64,000 bases of DNA from Nitrospinota bacterium. GTDB taxonomy: Bacteria > Nitrospinota_A > UBA7883 > JACRLM01. Made by a program: the position numbers and the translations under genes. Where the stretch lies: positions 1,435-65,434 of the forward strand of contig JACRLM010000074.1 of assembly GCA_016235255.1 (NCBI GenBank), written 5' to 3'. The notes below the pieces were generated by a model. It searched no databases, was not told where the DNA came from, and saw nothing but the letters and a program-made list of their open reading frames with translations. Positions 36,929-45,503 of this stretch are shown here, in pieces (within the stretch, counting starts at the first letter, position 1; the number at the start of each line of letters is the position of its first letter).

Positions 36929-38478
36929 AGCGCCACTCCCGCAAGTTCGCCCGCGTTTTCCACCCGCACGGCGTTATAGCTGGCGCGGCGGGAGACGGTG
37001 GAGTATTCGGCGCGGCGGGATTTAAATCTGTCCAATATCCGCACGGCGGCCTCCAGTGCGTCCGGCCCGTCGTCATGCACGGTGGACGAGCCGAAATACA
37101 CCAGCTGCTCGATCAGCGTTTCCTGGTCCGTCTGGTTGCGGGTGAAAAGCAGCTTCCCGCTTTCGATCAGCGGGGAGAGGCTTTCGATCCGCGCCTCTTT
37201 GTTGCTGTGGTTCTCGATCATACGGAGCGGCAGGCGCACCCCGCGTTCTTTTTCGATCTCCTCGTAATCGCGCTTTAAAAGTTTTTGAAATCCGTTGCTC
37301 TCAAAGCCCACGTCAATCGAGGCGTGCGGATACAGCGCGCGCAGGGCCTCGTAAATGTCAAACACGCCGTTGATGGAGGCGGAGAGGCTTTCCTTGCGGA
37401 TGCGCGCCATGAGCACACGCGCCGTGGCGCCAGCCGATCCGACGGCCACGGTGGCCTTGTAGTCGTTCTTTTTTGTTTCGCCGATGGATGGGTCCGTGTA
37501 AATCGCGATGGCCTCTATCGCGGCGCCGTCTTCACGCGCCTCGCGGATCCATTCCTCGCGGAACGCCCCTTCGTCGTCTTTCGGATCGTTCATATATTCG
37601 GCGTTGAACGCCCGGCTTCCGATCTGCGTCCGGATGTCTATCAGGTAATCTAGTGTGAAGCGCGAGGGGAAAAGAGGTTCGCCCTCAATCGTGATGGCGC
37701 GGTAAATCCGCGTGACGTACAGGGGCGCTTCGGAGCCTTCCTGTTTCATCGTCATCAAGCGCGCCAGGGCGGACTTTTTGGAAAGCAATGTGCCGACGAT
37801 CACCCCCGTCCACCCTTTCGGATTCATCGCGGGGATGACGACACGCAAAACCCAGTCCAGCGTTTTTTCAACCCGGCGGGGATTTTTCTGTTCCTCGTCG
37901 TTTTCTATGTCATCGCCGACAAACGCGTCCGGCCTGTGCGGGCCGTTGCGAAGGCCGCGCAAGCTCGCGCCTTTGCCCCGCGCCACGATCATCACCCCCT
38001 GCCGCGTGACGATTTCGGAAGCCTCCCAACTGCCGTCCTGGTAAAACTCGCCGAAATCGTTTTTCAGCCGCTCGTTGTTTTTCAGTTCTTCGGCCACGAA
38101 GCTCAAAAGGTTTTCCGCCTGGGTCTGCGTGTCGCTGGCGAGGATCGCAAGGAGCCGCTTGTTGTATGCCGTCCAGTGTAATATTTTCATCAGCGAGAAC
38201 ACGGCGCTTTTTCCGTGCCCGCGCGGCGCGCAGACCAGCGTGAGTTTGCAGATTATCTCCGCAAGATCATTCCACTCGCGATGAAATTCCGGCGTTTCGT
38301 CCGTGACGTAATGCGGGAGGTACGTGTCGGCGAAAAGGAACACGTCGCGCTCGCAGGCGGCCTTGCGCGCCCGCTTTTTCTCCGGTGTGTCATCCTCGAA
38401 CGCGGGAGCGGCGGCGCGGCGCTTCCGCGCGATGGCTTTTAAAGCCTTGTCCCTTTGCGCCCGCGTCATTTTCGCCAT
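36925..38478 (-). CDS. terminase large subunit
   Basis: LVCAPRGHGKSAVFS Walker A-like; the C-terminal VHDDGPDALE nuclease motif; 517 aa. Confidence 0.85.
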   Translation of the reverse strand: MAKMTRAQRDKALKAIARKRRAAAPAFEDDTPEKKRARKAACERDVFLFADTYLPHYVTDETPEFHREWNDLAEIICKLTLVCAPRGHGKSAVFSLMKILHWTAYNKRLLAILASDTQTQAENLLSFVAEELKNNERLKNDFGEFYQDGSWEASEIVTRQGVMIVARGKGASLRGLRNGPHRPDAFVGDDIENDEEQKNPRRVEKTLDWVLRVVIPAMNPKGWTGVIVGTLLSKKSALARLMTMKQEGSEAPLYVTRIYRAITIEGEPLFPSRFTLDYLIDIRTQIGSRAFNAEYMNDPKDDEGAFREEWIREAREDGAAIEAIAIYTDPSIGETKKNDYKATVAVGSAGATARVLMARIRKESLSASINGVFDIYEALRALYPHASIDVGFESNGFQKLLKRDYEEIEKERGVRLPLRMIENHSNKEARIESLSPLIESGKLLFTRNQTDQETLIEQLVYFGSSTVHDDGPDALEAAVRILDRFKSRRAEYSTVSRRASYNAVRVENAGELAGVAL

Positions 38479-38480
38479 TG

Positions 38481-38915
38481 TCAGCCCGTCACTTTCTCGG
38501 CGGCCCTTTGCAGATACGCGCCCACAAGCTGGGCCGCTTCGGCGTGGCCGTCGTTTTCCAGCATGGTCACAAGCGCCGTGGCGAACTCCGTGATAATCGT
38601 GTTCGGGTCCGCGTCGTGGCGAAGTTCGCGCATGATTTTCAGGAGCGCGAATACGGACTGTTTGTCCCCGCGCTTCGCCTGGTCGCCGAAAGTTTTGGCC
38701 GACACGATCAGGTCGCGCGTGATGCTCTGCCCGAGAGTCTTAAAATCGCGCTGGTCCTGCGCCCATCCGTCCTTCGCGCTCCAGCTTTTCAGCGTAGAAA
38801 TTGGCACACCCGTTTTTTCGCTGACCGACTCCAAAGACCATCCCTGCTGGACGTACAGGGTGTACGCCTCGGTGTAGCGGTCATAGCCGCTCTGCGCGGC
38901 TTCAGCGGCTGGCAT
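38481..38915 (-). CDS. small terminase-like / Mu gp27 (DUF1804)-like HTH protein
   Basis: WSLESVSEKTGVPISTLKSWSAKDGW is HTH-like; located immediately upstream of TerL. Confidence 0.5.
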   Translation of the reverse strand: MPAAEAAQSGYDRYTEAYTLYVQQGWSLESVSEKTGVPISTLKSWSAKDGWAQDQRDFKTLGQSITRDLIVSAKTFGDQAKRGDKQSVFALLKIMRELRHDADPNTIITEFATALVTMLENDGHAEAAQLVGAYLQRAAEKVTG

Positions 38916-39498
38916 CGGCGGTGATCCCCACATCGGCCTTCAGTCCCTGATAAACGTCCACACCGGCCGGCGTGATTTTGGCGGTGTAGTTATTTGCCTT
39001 GCCGACACGTATCTCACGGAGGGTCACAAGGGTCTTGCCTGCCAGATACCAGAGGTGATACTGCACATCGGCAAGCTCCACCGCGCCGAAGCCGTCCTCG
39101 GCGAAACGCTCCGCCAGGTCCACGTCCTCAACGTATATCGCCGGTTTCTCCGCCAGGTGCGCCAGCACACCGCGCCGTAAATCTTTTTTGTGGTACAGAT
39201 TTTCGGCGAGCGGATCCCCCGTTCGCACACCGTCCACCTCAACCGCGCCAGTGAGGATATCCACGCCATGCGGAGTGATGCGGCAGGTCTCCATGTCGTG
39301 CCCCTCGTTTTTGTCCACGGTCACCGCGCCCAGGCCGGCGAGGTACGCAAACTCCCGGCGGATGTCGGTGGTGGAGAGATCGAGCGAAAATTCACGAAGA
39401 CTTTCCCGCACCTGCTTGTCCGACACGGCGTGCTCAAATAGATCGTTGATGATCGTGAGGATATGCCGCCGCGCGGAGCGGGGATTGTATTCGGTCAT
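38902..39498 (-). CDS. hypothetical phage protein (two winged-helix-like repeats)
   Basis: ATGA overlap with the upstream gene at 39495-39498. Internal repeat: ITPHGVDILTG and ITPAGVDVYQG. Confidence 0.4.
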   Translation of the reverse strand: MTEYNPRSARRHILTIINDLFEHAVSDKQVRESLREFSLDLSTTDIRREFAYLAGLGAVTVDKNEGHDMETCRITPHGVDILTGAVEVDGVRTGDPLAENLYHKKDLRRGVLAHLAEKPAIYVEDVDLAERFAEDGFGAVELADVQYHLWYLAGKTLVTLREIRVGKANNYTAKITPAGVDVYQGLKADVGITADASR

Positions 39499-39797
39499 TC
39501 GGTCTTTCCTTCCAGATTTTCGATGCGGCGCCAAAGCGCGGAGATGGTTGTGGAGTATTCGCGTGTGGTCACAAATTTTTCATCCGCTCGATGCTCGTAT
39601 TCGCGCAAATCGTCAGCGCCCCGCTGCGCGAAGGCGTTCATTTTTTCCTGCGCCGTGGATATCTGCGCCTGGATATTTTTAAGGTCCTCCTGCACGCGGC
39701 CGATCCGATCACGGGCCACGGCTATCGCGCCTATGATGGACACCGCCGCCGTGATCAGGCTCAAAGCCACATCCGCCGGAATCGCCGCTAATCCCAT
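39495..39797 (-). CDS. first gene of the late arm: N-terminally anchored coiled-coil protein
   Basis: 100 aa, one TM segment (ALSLITAAVSIIGAIAVA), then a heptad-like region. Confidence 0.4.
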   Translation of the reverse strand: MGLAAIPADVALSLITAAVSIIGAIAVARDRIGRVQEDLKNIQAQISTAQEKMNAFAQRGADDLREYEHRADEKFVTTREYSTTISALWRRIENLEGKTE

Positions 39798-39917
39798 ATC
39801 CGCCCCGTCAAAAAACCCTGCATATATTTTTCAGCGGATTGAGAAAAAAATCTTCGGCCATTTTGCGCTATTTTTGGCCGTACCCGATTGGCGGCGAGGG
39901 AGGGAACCGCCGCCCCA

Positions 39918-40087
39918 AATTTCCAAACGTTGGAAATTTCGAGGGTGAACAAAAGGCGAAAACAATTTCCAAACGTTGGAAATTTCGAGGGTGAACAAAA
40001 GGCGAAAACAATTTCCAAACGTTGGAAATTTCGAGGGTGAACAAAAGGCGAAAACAATTTCCAAACGTTGGAAATTTCGAGGGTGAA
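39918..40087. repeat. 46-bp tandem repeat, 3.7 copies, each containing ATTTCCA-AACGT-TGGAAAT
   Basis: Copies start at 39918, 39964, 40010 and 40056. The unit is AATTTCCAAACGTTGGAAATTTCGAGGGTGAACAAAAGGCGAAAAC. It is followed by an AT-rich tract at 40085-40114. Confidence 0.95.
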
Positions 40088-40114
40088 AATAATTTAAAAA
40101 AATTAAAATCGCTA

Positions 40115-40143
40115 TTGACATGCGGCGCATTGTGCCGCATACT
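40115..40143 (+). promoter_or_regulatory. candidate sigma70 promoter with a palindrome in the spacer
   Basis: TTGACA (40115-40120), 17 nt, CATACT. The spacer holds ATGCGGC-N5-GCCGCAT. The 12-bp perfect palindrome TATCTATAGATA lies at 40144-40155. Confidence 0.5.
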
Positions 40144-40212
40144 ATATCTATAGATAGCGCGGATCACCGCAAACCGGCGCCTCGCGGAAACTTGGGGCAG
40201 GGAAACAGTCTC

Positions 40213-40734
40213 ATGCAAAAACATCACGTTACATATCTGGTCTATTACGCCCCCAACAGAGGTCTATACCAGCAGTTGGGGGAGGCTCCTTGCCATTTTG
40301 TGGGGGACAGTTACGGCGCCAGCCGAATTGTGTTCGAAATCACGGAGATGGAGGGTCAAGACGAGCAAGCCTGTGAGCGGGCTTGCCGGGATTACATTGC
40401 CGCGCATAGCGGCCACAATATCCGTCAAACATCTAATCAACACCTGGTGGCGCTGGCCGCCGGAACTCCGGCACAATCCCGCGATGCTTACAAGTTGATC
40501 AGGCGGGCCGCCCGCGTGAGCGCCAATGCAGAGGTGGCCGCCAATGACAGCGGTGTGTTCTACTCCCGCGATTTGGAGCGGCTTATCCACGAGTGGAGGT
40601 TCCTGCCGGCGACAACCGCCGAAATCGGCCCCCGGTCTTGGCGGTTGATAAAGCTGACCCCGGCCTATCGTGCAATCCCGGATATTTTTGACGACACTTT
40701 CGCGTTGCTGTTCGGAGGGGGGGCAGTAGTGTAG
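40213..40734 (+). CDS. hypothetical protein, orphan cassette gene 1
   Basis: 173 aa from the ATG at 40213; the track start at 40120 would overlap the predicted -35. No motif recognised. Confidence 0.45.
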   Translation: MQKHHVTYLVYYAPNRGLYQQLGEAPCHFVGDSYGASRIVFEITEMEGQDEQACERACRDYIAAHSGHNIRQTSNQHLVALAAGTPAQSRDAYKLIRRAARVSANAEVAANDSGVFYSRDLERLIHEWRFLPATTAEIGPRSWRLIKLTPAYRAIPDIFDDTFALLFGGGAVV

Positions 40735-40843
40735 GAGGGGAAAACGAAAACAAAAAATGACGCGGCCGCCAAACGGGCGGCGACCGCATACAACATACAA
40801 CGCGGGCTTGAACCAATTGCCAAACAACAAAAAGGGGGAAAAC

Positions 40844-41305
40844 ATGGACACATCGCTTCCTCGATCCGGTGCGGGCGGGATGATAATTCTCCAAAACGAC
40901 GGCGCCGCCGTTTCGGGAACGAACTATTGGGACAGCGATCCGGCGAGGGCTGGATACTGCTATCTTAGCTTCAATGCCGGGGCGGCGCGGTTGCTCGTGC
41001 CGCCCCCGTTGGAACCGGCTATCGGCGCCATGTCAACGGCGCGCCTCGTGATAATCTCGCGGGGGGCGTGGCCGGAGCGGGAGCGGCGGGATGCGTATGA
41101 GGTATTGTTTGAGGATGGCTCGAACAATCCCTATTGCATCCACTTGGGCGCGGAGCAATCGGATCGTCTGCTCCCGGTGGAGGATCATGGGGCGGATATA
41201 CTGGTGATCGTTTATGCGCGCGGCGGGGAGCGGCTCCGCTTGCCAGGGAAATACCGGATCGTGGACGCCATCCCGTGCCTCAAACCGTGGGAGACCCGGA
41301 AATGA
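40844..41305 (+). CDS. hypothetical protein, orphan cassette gene 2
   Basis: 153 aa; AGGGGGA lies 5 nt before the ATG at 40844. No motif recognised. Confidence 0.5.
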   Translation: MDTSLPRSGAGGMIILQNDGAAVSGTNYWDSDPARAGYCYLSFNAGAARLLVPPPLEPAIGAMSTARLVIISRGAWPERERRDAYEVLFEDGSNNPYCIHLGAEQSDRLLPVEDHGADILVIVYARGGERLRLPGKYRIVDAIPCLKPWETRK

Positions 41306-41622
41306 AAATAAAACTGCGATTCCCGGCGGACAGCCTTGCCGCAATCGCCCGGATGGGGTTGCGGCAAAAAAGCCCGGAGACACTCCGTTGGACGGCGGAT
41401 CACCCGGATAGTAGCTACGGCATCGGGATTATTTTGCGCGGCAAGTCCGGGGATCGGCTTGGCGGCAAGGAGTTTGCCGTCATGCGCCAGCGTTGGGGCG
41501 CGTGGATCGAGGTGGATTCCGCCGAAACAAAACGGCGGGCGGCTAACGCGCTCTACTTGGCGCTTACGGATACGCCGGAAGATGCAATAAGGGTAGTGGA
41601 GGAAAATGAAAACAAAATGTGA
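41303..41622 (+). CDS. hypothetical protein, orphan cassette gene 3
   Basis: 106 aa; ATGA overlap with gene 2 (translational coupling). Confidence 0.5.
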
Positions 41623-41661
41623 ACGATGCGCCGCAGCGGCTGAAAATGCGGGAAGGGGAAC

Positions 41662-41907
41662 GTGGCGGGAAAAAATAATCGCGCCCGGCTCCGGGCGGCG
41701 GTGAAAAAATCCGGGATGACCAATAAGGCGGTGGCGGCGTATCTTGGCGTGTCGCCGCGGACTCTGCGGGCATGGCTCGCCGATCCCGCGGATGTGTCCG
41801 CCCGCCCCTGCCCGCTGATGGCCGCGCTGGCGATGGAGGCGGCGGAAAAACTGGGGGATGGAAACGTCAGCGAGGGAATCCGGTTGGCGCTGAAAGGTGT
41901 AAAATAA
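41662..41907 (+). CDS. small HTH DNA-binding protein, orphan cassette gene 4
   Basis: MTNKAVAAYLGVSPRTLRAWL helix-turn-helix; GTG start after AGGGG. Confidence 0.55.
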   Translation: MAGKNNRARLRAAVKKSGMTNKAVAAYLGVSPRTLRAWLADPADVSARPCPLMAALAMEAAEKLGDGNVSEGIRLALKGVK

Positions 41908-41922
41908 TATCAGGAGGACATT

Positions 41923-41988
41923 ATGAGCGTATGGTCGCGGCTGTTGTTCTGGGTGGCAATGATTATAATTGTGATGCGGCTATTCTGA
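41923..41988 (+). CDS. 21-aa hydrophobic peptide (MSVWSRLLFWVAMIIIVMRLF)
   Basis: Own translation. A perfect AGGAGG lies 5 nt upstream of the ATG. The ORF is below the track's length cutoff. Confidence 0.4.
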   Translation: MSVWSRLLFWVAMIIIVMRLF

Positions 41989-42003
41989 CGCCGACGGCGA
42001 GGA

Positions 42004-42684
42004 TCAGCGCAGTCCTGTCTGGGGCCAGTGTTTCTTAAATCCTTCGTCTCCAATCGCCTTTAACTCTGTCGGTTGCAAATTATATTTTGTTTCGAGGCGT
42101 TTTTCACTCTCCGACAAAAGAGCATAAAAAAGCTTACCGTGTTTTTGTTTTAATGTTTCCAGCGAGGGATTATAAGGATGCTGGAATTCGACTGCTTCGC
42201 TCGGAATCCACCCTTTAATGCCAACGGCTTTTTTAATCCAACCCTTGACCCCGTCCATGACCACAATCCAATAATCGTAGCTGGTATTGGCATCGGTCTT
42301 TTCATAAATCTCTTTGCGTAGAACTTTTATTGCTGTCCCCGGCGGGAGTTGCACGGTGTTTTCCATTTTTATCACGGCTTCTGTCAGGTTAGCCGGTTTC
42401 CCACGGGTTTGTATTAGCGGGGTGTTGGGAGATGACAGAGTGATTATTTGACCGACTTTTAATTCCCCCACCCGCTTTGAAGATGGAATGGGAAATTCTT
42501 TTTCTGCCTGTTTTCCGGCCTGTTGCCTTGCTTCTATTAATTCACTGTATATAAGTTTTTTTTCGTTTTCCGGCCGCGCCGATGCATGCGATATGGTGGG
42601 TGATGTTGTCAAACCCATTATTGCGAGTATGACAATAAATATTAATGTGGCGATGGGTCTAGCGCTCTTGTCCGCCATTTTCAA
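42004..42684 (-). CDS. exported/membrane-anchored protein with SH3b-like domain, co-transcribed with the repressor
   Basis: N-terminal anchor ATLIFIVILAIMGL; GTAIKVLRKEIYEKTD...YWIVVMDGVKGWI...GWIPSEAV is SH3-like. Overlaps the repressor stop by 4 nt. Visibly AT-richer than the rest of the prophage. Confidence 0.6.
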   Translation of the reverse strand: MKMADKSARPIATLIFIVILAIMGLTTSPTISHASARPENEKKLIYSELIEARQQAGKQAEKEFPIPSSKRVGELKVGQIITLSSPNTPLIQTRGKPANLTEAVIKMENTVQLPPGTAIKVLRKEIYEKTDANTSYDYWIVVMDGVKGWIKKAVGIKGWIPSEAVEFQHPYNPSLETLKQKHGKLFYALLSESEKRLETKYNLQPTELKAIGDEGFKKHWPQTGLR

Positions 42685-43430
42685 ATCCTCCTCATAAGCG
42701 CCACCACGCGGCCAACGATCCGCAGGGTGTCCGCCGCCGCTTCGCGCGGAACTGTTTCCGTGCTGTATATCGGGTTCTCCGATTTGACCAATATACTGCC
42801 GTCATATAATTTTTGCAACCGCTTGGCCACCAGAGTTCCGTCCTTTTGCAAAATATAGATCGCATCATCGGCCACGGCGGAGATGGACGTGTCCACCAAA
42901 AGCGTGTCCCGGTCCTTTATCGCCGGGTCCATGCTGTCCCCCCGCGCCTCGATACATGCGAGATTTTTAGCGTCCAGCCGCTCCGCCGAAAGCCATTCGC
43001 GGGAAAAAGCGCGCCAGCCGATTATATGTTCCTCATCCACGATGGCACCGGGACCGAGGGAAGCGAAGACGCCATGCAAGGGGATTTTTATAAAGTCTGG
43101 CGAATTCGCACCAGCGGGCTTTTCGGCGACCACCGGGGAACCATCATATGAAATCAATTCCTCCAGCGTTTCGCATTGGTGATTGTTAAATACATTTTCA
43201 CCGGAAAGCAGCCAGTTGATGTATCGCCCACTTGGTTTCAACCCGGATGAATTGACCATCAGAAATACGGTGTCCAGGTGGGGAGCTATCGTTCCGCGCT
43301 CGTATCGAGAGATGACTGTTTGCGCCACCCCAAGTTTTGCGGCGAATTCTTTTTGAGTGAGGGCACAATATTCGCGCAAATTCTTAATTCTTATACCCAT
43401 AGCCTCGTAAGTGCTTTTTTCACTTGACAT
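42681..43430 (-). CDS. prophage repressor, XRE-HTH plus S24 (LexA/CI-like) autopeptidase domain
   Basis: LTQKEFAAKLGVAQTVISRYERG HTH; ARGDSMDP (Ser) and LVAKRL (Lys) catalytic dyad. Divergent from the Ner-like gene. Confidence 0.85.
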   Translation of the reverse strand: MSSEKSTYEAMGIRIKNLREYCALTQKEFAAKLGVAQTVISRYERGTIAPHLDTVFLMVNSSGLKPSGRYINWLLSGENVFNNHQCETLEELISYDGSPVVAEKPAGANSPDFIKIPLHGVFASLGPGAIVDEEHIIGWRAFSREWLSAERLDAKNLACIEARGDSMDPAIKDRDTLLVDTSISAVADDAIYILQKDGTLVAKRLQKLYDGSILVKSENPIYSTETVPREAAADTLRIVGRVVALMRRI

Positions 43431-43482
43431 ATACGCTAAATTTCTTTTAAATGATTAACATTATAACTTCTGCGTATATTCG

Positions 43483-43677
43483 ATGGACTCCAGGCACATC
43501 AAAGCCGCGCTGATCCTCGTAGGCGAGGGGCCTTTAACAATATCCAGGCGGGTCGGAGTGTCCCAGCCGATGGTGTCTATGGTGATTTCCGGGCGGCGCA
43601 CATCACGCAAAGTCAAAAAGGAAATAGCACGGGTTCTCGGTAAAAGATACCGCGAAGTGTGGAGAGAAGGGAAATGA
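43483..43677 (+). CDS. ner: Ner/Cro-like early regulator
   Basis: 64 aa; IKAALILVGEGPLTISRRVGVSQPMVSMVISGRR...IARVLGKRYREVW follows the Mu Ner family pattern. Confidence 0.7.
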   Translation: MDSRHIKAALILVGEGPLTISRRVGVSQPMVSMVISGRRTSRKVKKEIARVLGKRYREVWREGK

Positions 43678-43679
43678 TT

Positions 43680-44336
43680 ATGTGTCCGGCGGCTGGGGAG
43701 GCGGCGCTTGCGCCGAGGGCTTTTGATTTCGACGGGGAGCGCCTGCAGGAGGCCTGCTGGATAAACGGCAAGCCCTATTTCACCCGCCGGGCAATCGGCG
43801 AATGGCTGGAATACGAGAACCCGCAAAAGGCCGTGGACAATATTATTTCGCGGAATCCGCACATCAGCGATCCGCGCTGGAGCTCTACCCTCAATTTGAG
43901 GGTAGAGCTCACCACTGGCAAGGGGGGCAACTCCACCTACGAACGGGAGTCCGAACAGGAGGTCTATTCCCCGGTTGGGCTTCAGTTGATCGTTTTCGAG
44001 AGCGGCCAGCCGAAGGCGAGGGAATACAAAATATGGGTGGCCAACCTTGTCCACGCATTCATGAGCGGCGAGCTGAAAGAACCTCCCAGGACAATCTCCT
44101 TTTTTGAGGCGGCCATGATGGACGACGGGGAGATGCGGGAGAAATACCTGATCGCTTTCGCCATGAGCCACAAATTCCTTGTGCGGGGCGGAGAACGGCG
44201 GCATTTGCAATTCCGCGCGGTGAAGGCGCGGGCGGACAGGCTCCGGAGAAAGACGTTTTTTCATCTTGTCGGCAAAGCCCTCATGAAGGTTGGCTGGCTT
44301 GCCCCCATCGCAAAAGGGGGTCTTTGCGCCCTATGA
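43680..44336 (+). CDS. Bro-N domain protein (antirepressor-like)
   Basis: FDFDGERLQEACWINGKPYFTRRAIGEWLEY...KAVDNIISRN fits the BRO N-terminal domain. The start could also be 43674. Confidence 0.6.
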   Translation: MCPAAGEAALAPRAFDFDGERLQEACWINGKPYFTRRAIGEWLEYENPQKAVDNIISRNPHISDPRWSSTLNLRVELTTGKGGNSTYERESEQEVYSPVGLQLIVFESGQPKAREYKIWVANLVHAFMSGELKEPPRTISFFEAAMMDDGEMREKYLIAFAMSHKFLVRGGERRHLQFRAVKARADRLRRKTFFHLVGKALMKVGWLAPIAKGGLCAL

Positions 44337-44444
44337 TCGCTTATCCATCTATATATAGCCAGCATCGTCAGCACAGTTTCCCTCGCCGCTCTATTTTTTT
44401 CACCGCCGCCATTTTCCCTTTTTTTGCCCCGGCGGGCAAGGTCT

Positions 44445-44912
44445 ATGAAAAGTAAAAAATTAGACCGGCAGGCGGCGCTGGACTTTAACCGGGTGGAGCC
44501 GGGACCGGAGCATGGCGCCGCGCTGGCGGGGATACTTGTGATGGGGGAAATCCAGCGGTTGATGAAGCGGCGAAATAAAAGCCGATCAAATCTCGCGGAT
44601 TATCTGACCTGGCGGTTGGATCGGACCATCGCGGTGACCACCGTGGACATGTGGTTTTGTGAAACGAAGGATAAATGGCCTTCTTTCCCCATTCTGCTTT
44701 TGATCTGTGATTTCCTCGGCAGTTATGAGCCGCTCAACGCGATGGCGCAAACGCGGGGGCTTTCCGTGATTGACGAGGAGGGGCAAAAGCTCCTGGCTGT
44801 CGGCGAGGCGTACATGAACAAAAAGCTGATCGCCATGCACGACGAAAAACTGGAGCGGGCGGTGGACGGGATTTTGTTAAGCCGGGCAAAGCGCGGGGAG
44901 ATCAAGCTGTGA
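44445..44912 (+). CDS. hypothetical early protein
   Basis: ATG at 44445 after AAGG; LADYLTWRLDRTIAVTTVDMWF is HTH-like and paralogous to the next ORF. Confidence 0.4.
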   Translation: MKSKKLDRQAALDFNRVEPGPEHGAALAGILVMGEIQRLMKRRNKSRSNLADYLTWRLDRTIAVTTVDMWFCETKDKWPSFPILLLICDFLGSYEPLNAMAQTRGLSVIDEEGQKLLAVGEAYMNKKLIAMHDEKLERAVDGILLSRAKRGEIKL

Positions 44913-45283
44913 TAACTGCCGGGATGAGCGCCACAGACAAACAGCGCGTTCTTCGCGCGGTGCGAAGGGTAATGGCGGCAAACAAACAAAGCCGCGAAGA
45001 ACTGGCCGCCCATCTGGACGCCTTTGGTTTTTCCGTTCCAATCGGCTCGGTGAATAAATGGTTTAAAAGTTCCAGACGGGATTATTTCCCCAGCGACAAA
45101 GAAATGCGCGAGGTCGTCAGATTCGCGCTGGGGGAGGGTACTTTTGACTGGGAAAAAGAACTGGCGGAGGCGGTGAAGGCGGATGGAGATGAAAGCGATG
45201 ACAGGGATTATCTGCGGAGGCTGCGGCGGGCGCAGCTGATTTATGCGATCACAAAGTCAAACGGAGGAGCGGCATATGTGTAG
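44909..45283 (+). CDS. hypothetical early protein (paralog of 44445..44912)
   Basis: LAAHLDAFGFSVPIGSVNKWF aligns with the previous ORF; 4-nt overlap. Confidence 0.4.
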   Translation: MITAGMSATDKQRVLRAVRRVMAANKQSREELAAHLDAFGFSVPIGSVNKWFKSSRRDYFPSDKEMREVVRFALGEGTFDWEKELAEAVKADGDESDDRDYLRRLRRAQLIYAITKSNGGAAYV

Positions 45284-45503
45284 CGGCGATGGGATTGAGA
45301 TCACAAAAAGCGCGGCGGCGCGGGCGCGCATGGACGCGCTGTGGAGGCTTTCGGCGGCGGCGGAGAAGCTGGGATTTCACGCGGTTTTTATCCCGGCGAA
45401 AGCGAATCCGGGCAACAAGCGGCGCTTGGCGGTGCTGGCGATCAAGATGATCCGGGCGGAACACGAGCTGGAAAACATGGTGGACATAAAGGAGGGGGCG
45501 TGA
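45276..45503 (+). CDS. hypothetical early protein
   Basis: GGAGGA lies 7 nt upstream of the ATG at 45276; 75 aa. Confidence 0.4.
   Translation: MCSGDGIEITKSAAARARMDALWRLSAAAEKLGFHAVFIPAKANPGNKRRLAVLAIKMIRAEHELENMVDIKEGA

Noticed and set aside
39918-40087. Regularly spaced repeats that could be mistaken for a CRISPR array
   Set aside because: The entire 46-bp unit, including the would-be spacer, is identical between copies. There are no unique spacers and no cas genes in the window. It is a tandem repeat.
39788-40227. Three overlapping minus-strand ORFs (89, 99, 119 aa) with repeated FSPSKFPTFGNCFRLLFTLEISNVWKL peptides
   Set aside because: They are translations of the 46-bp tandem array in different frames, they overlap each other, and they have no start context. 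They are artefacts of the repeat.
43431-43482. Early promoter and operator in the 52-bp repressor/ner intergenic region
   Set aside because: A TATATT lies 1 nt before the ner ATG (a possible leaderless transcript), but I found no acceptable -35 at 16-18 nt and only a weak 4-bp-arm palindrome. That is not enough to annotate.
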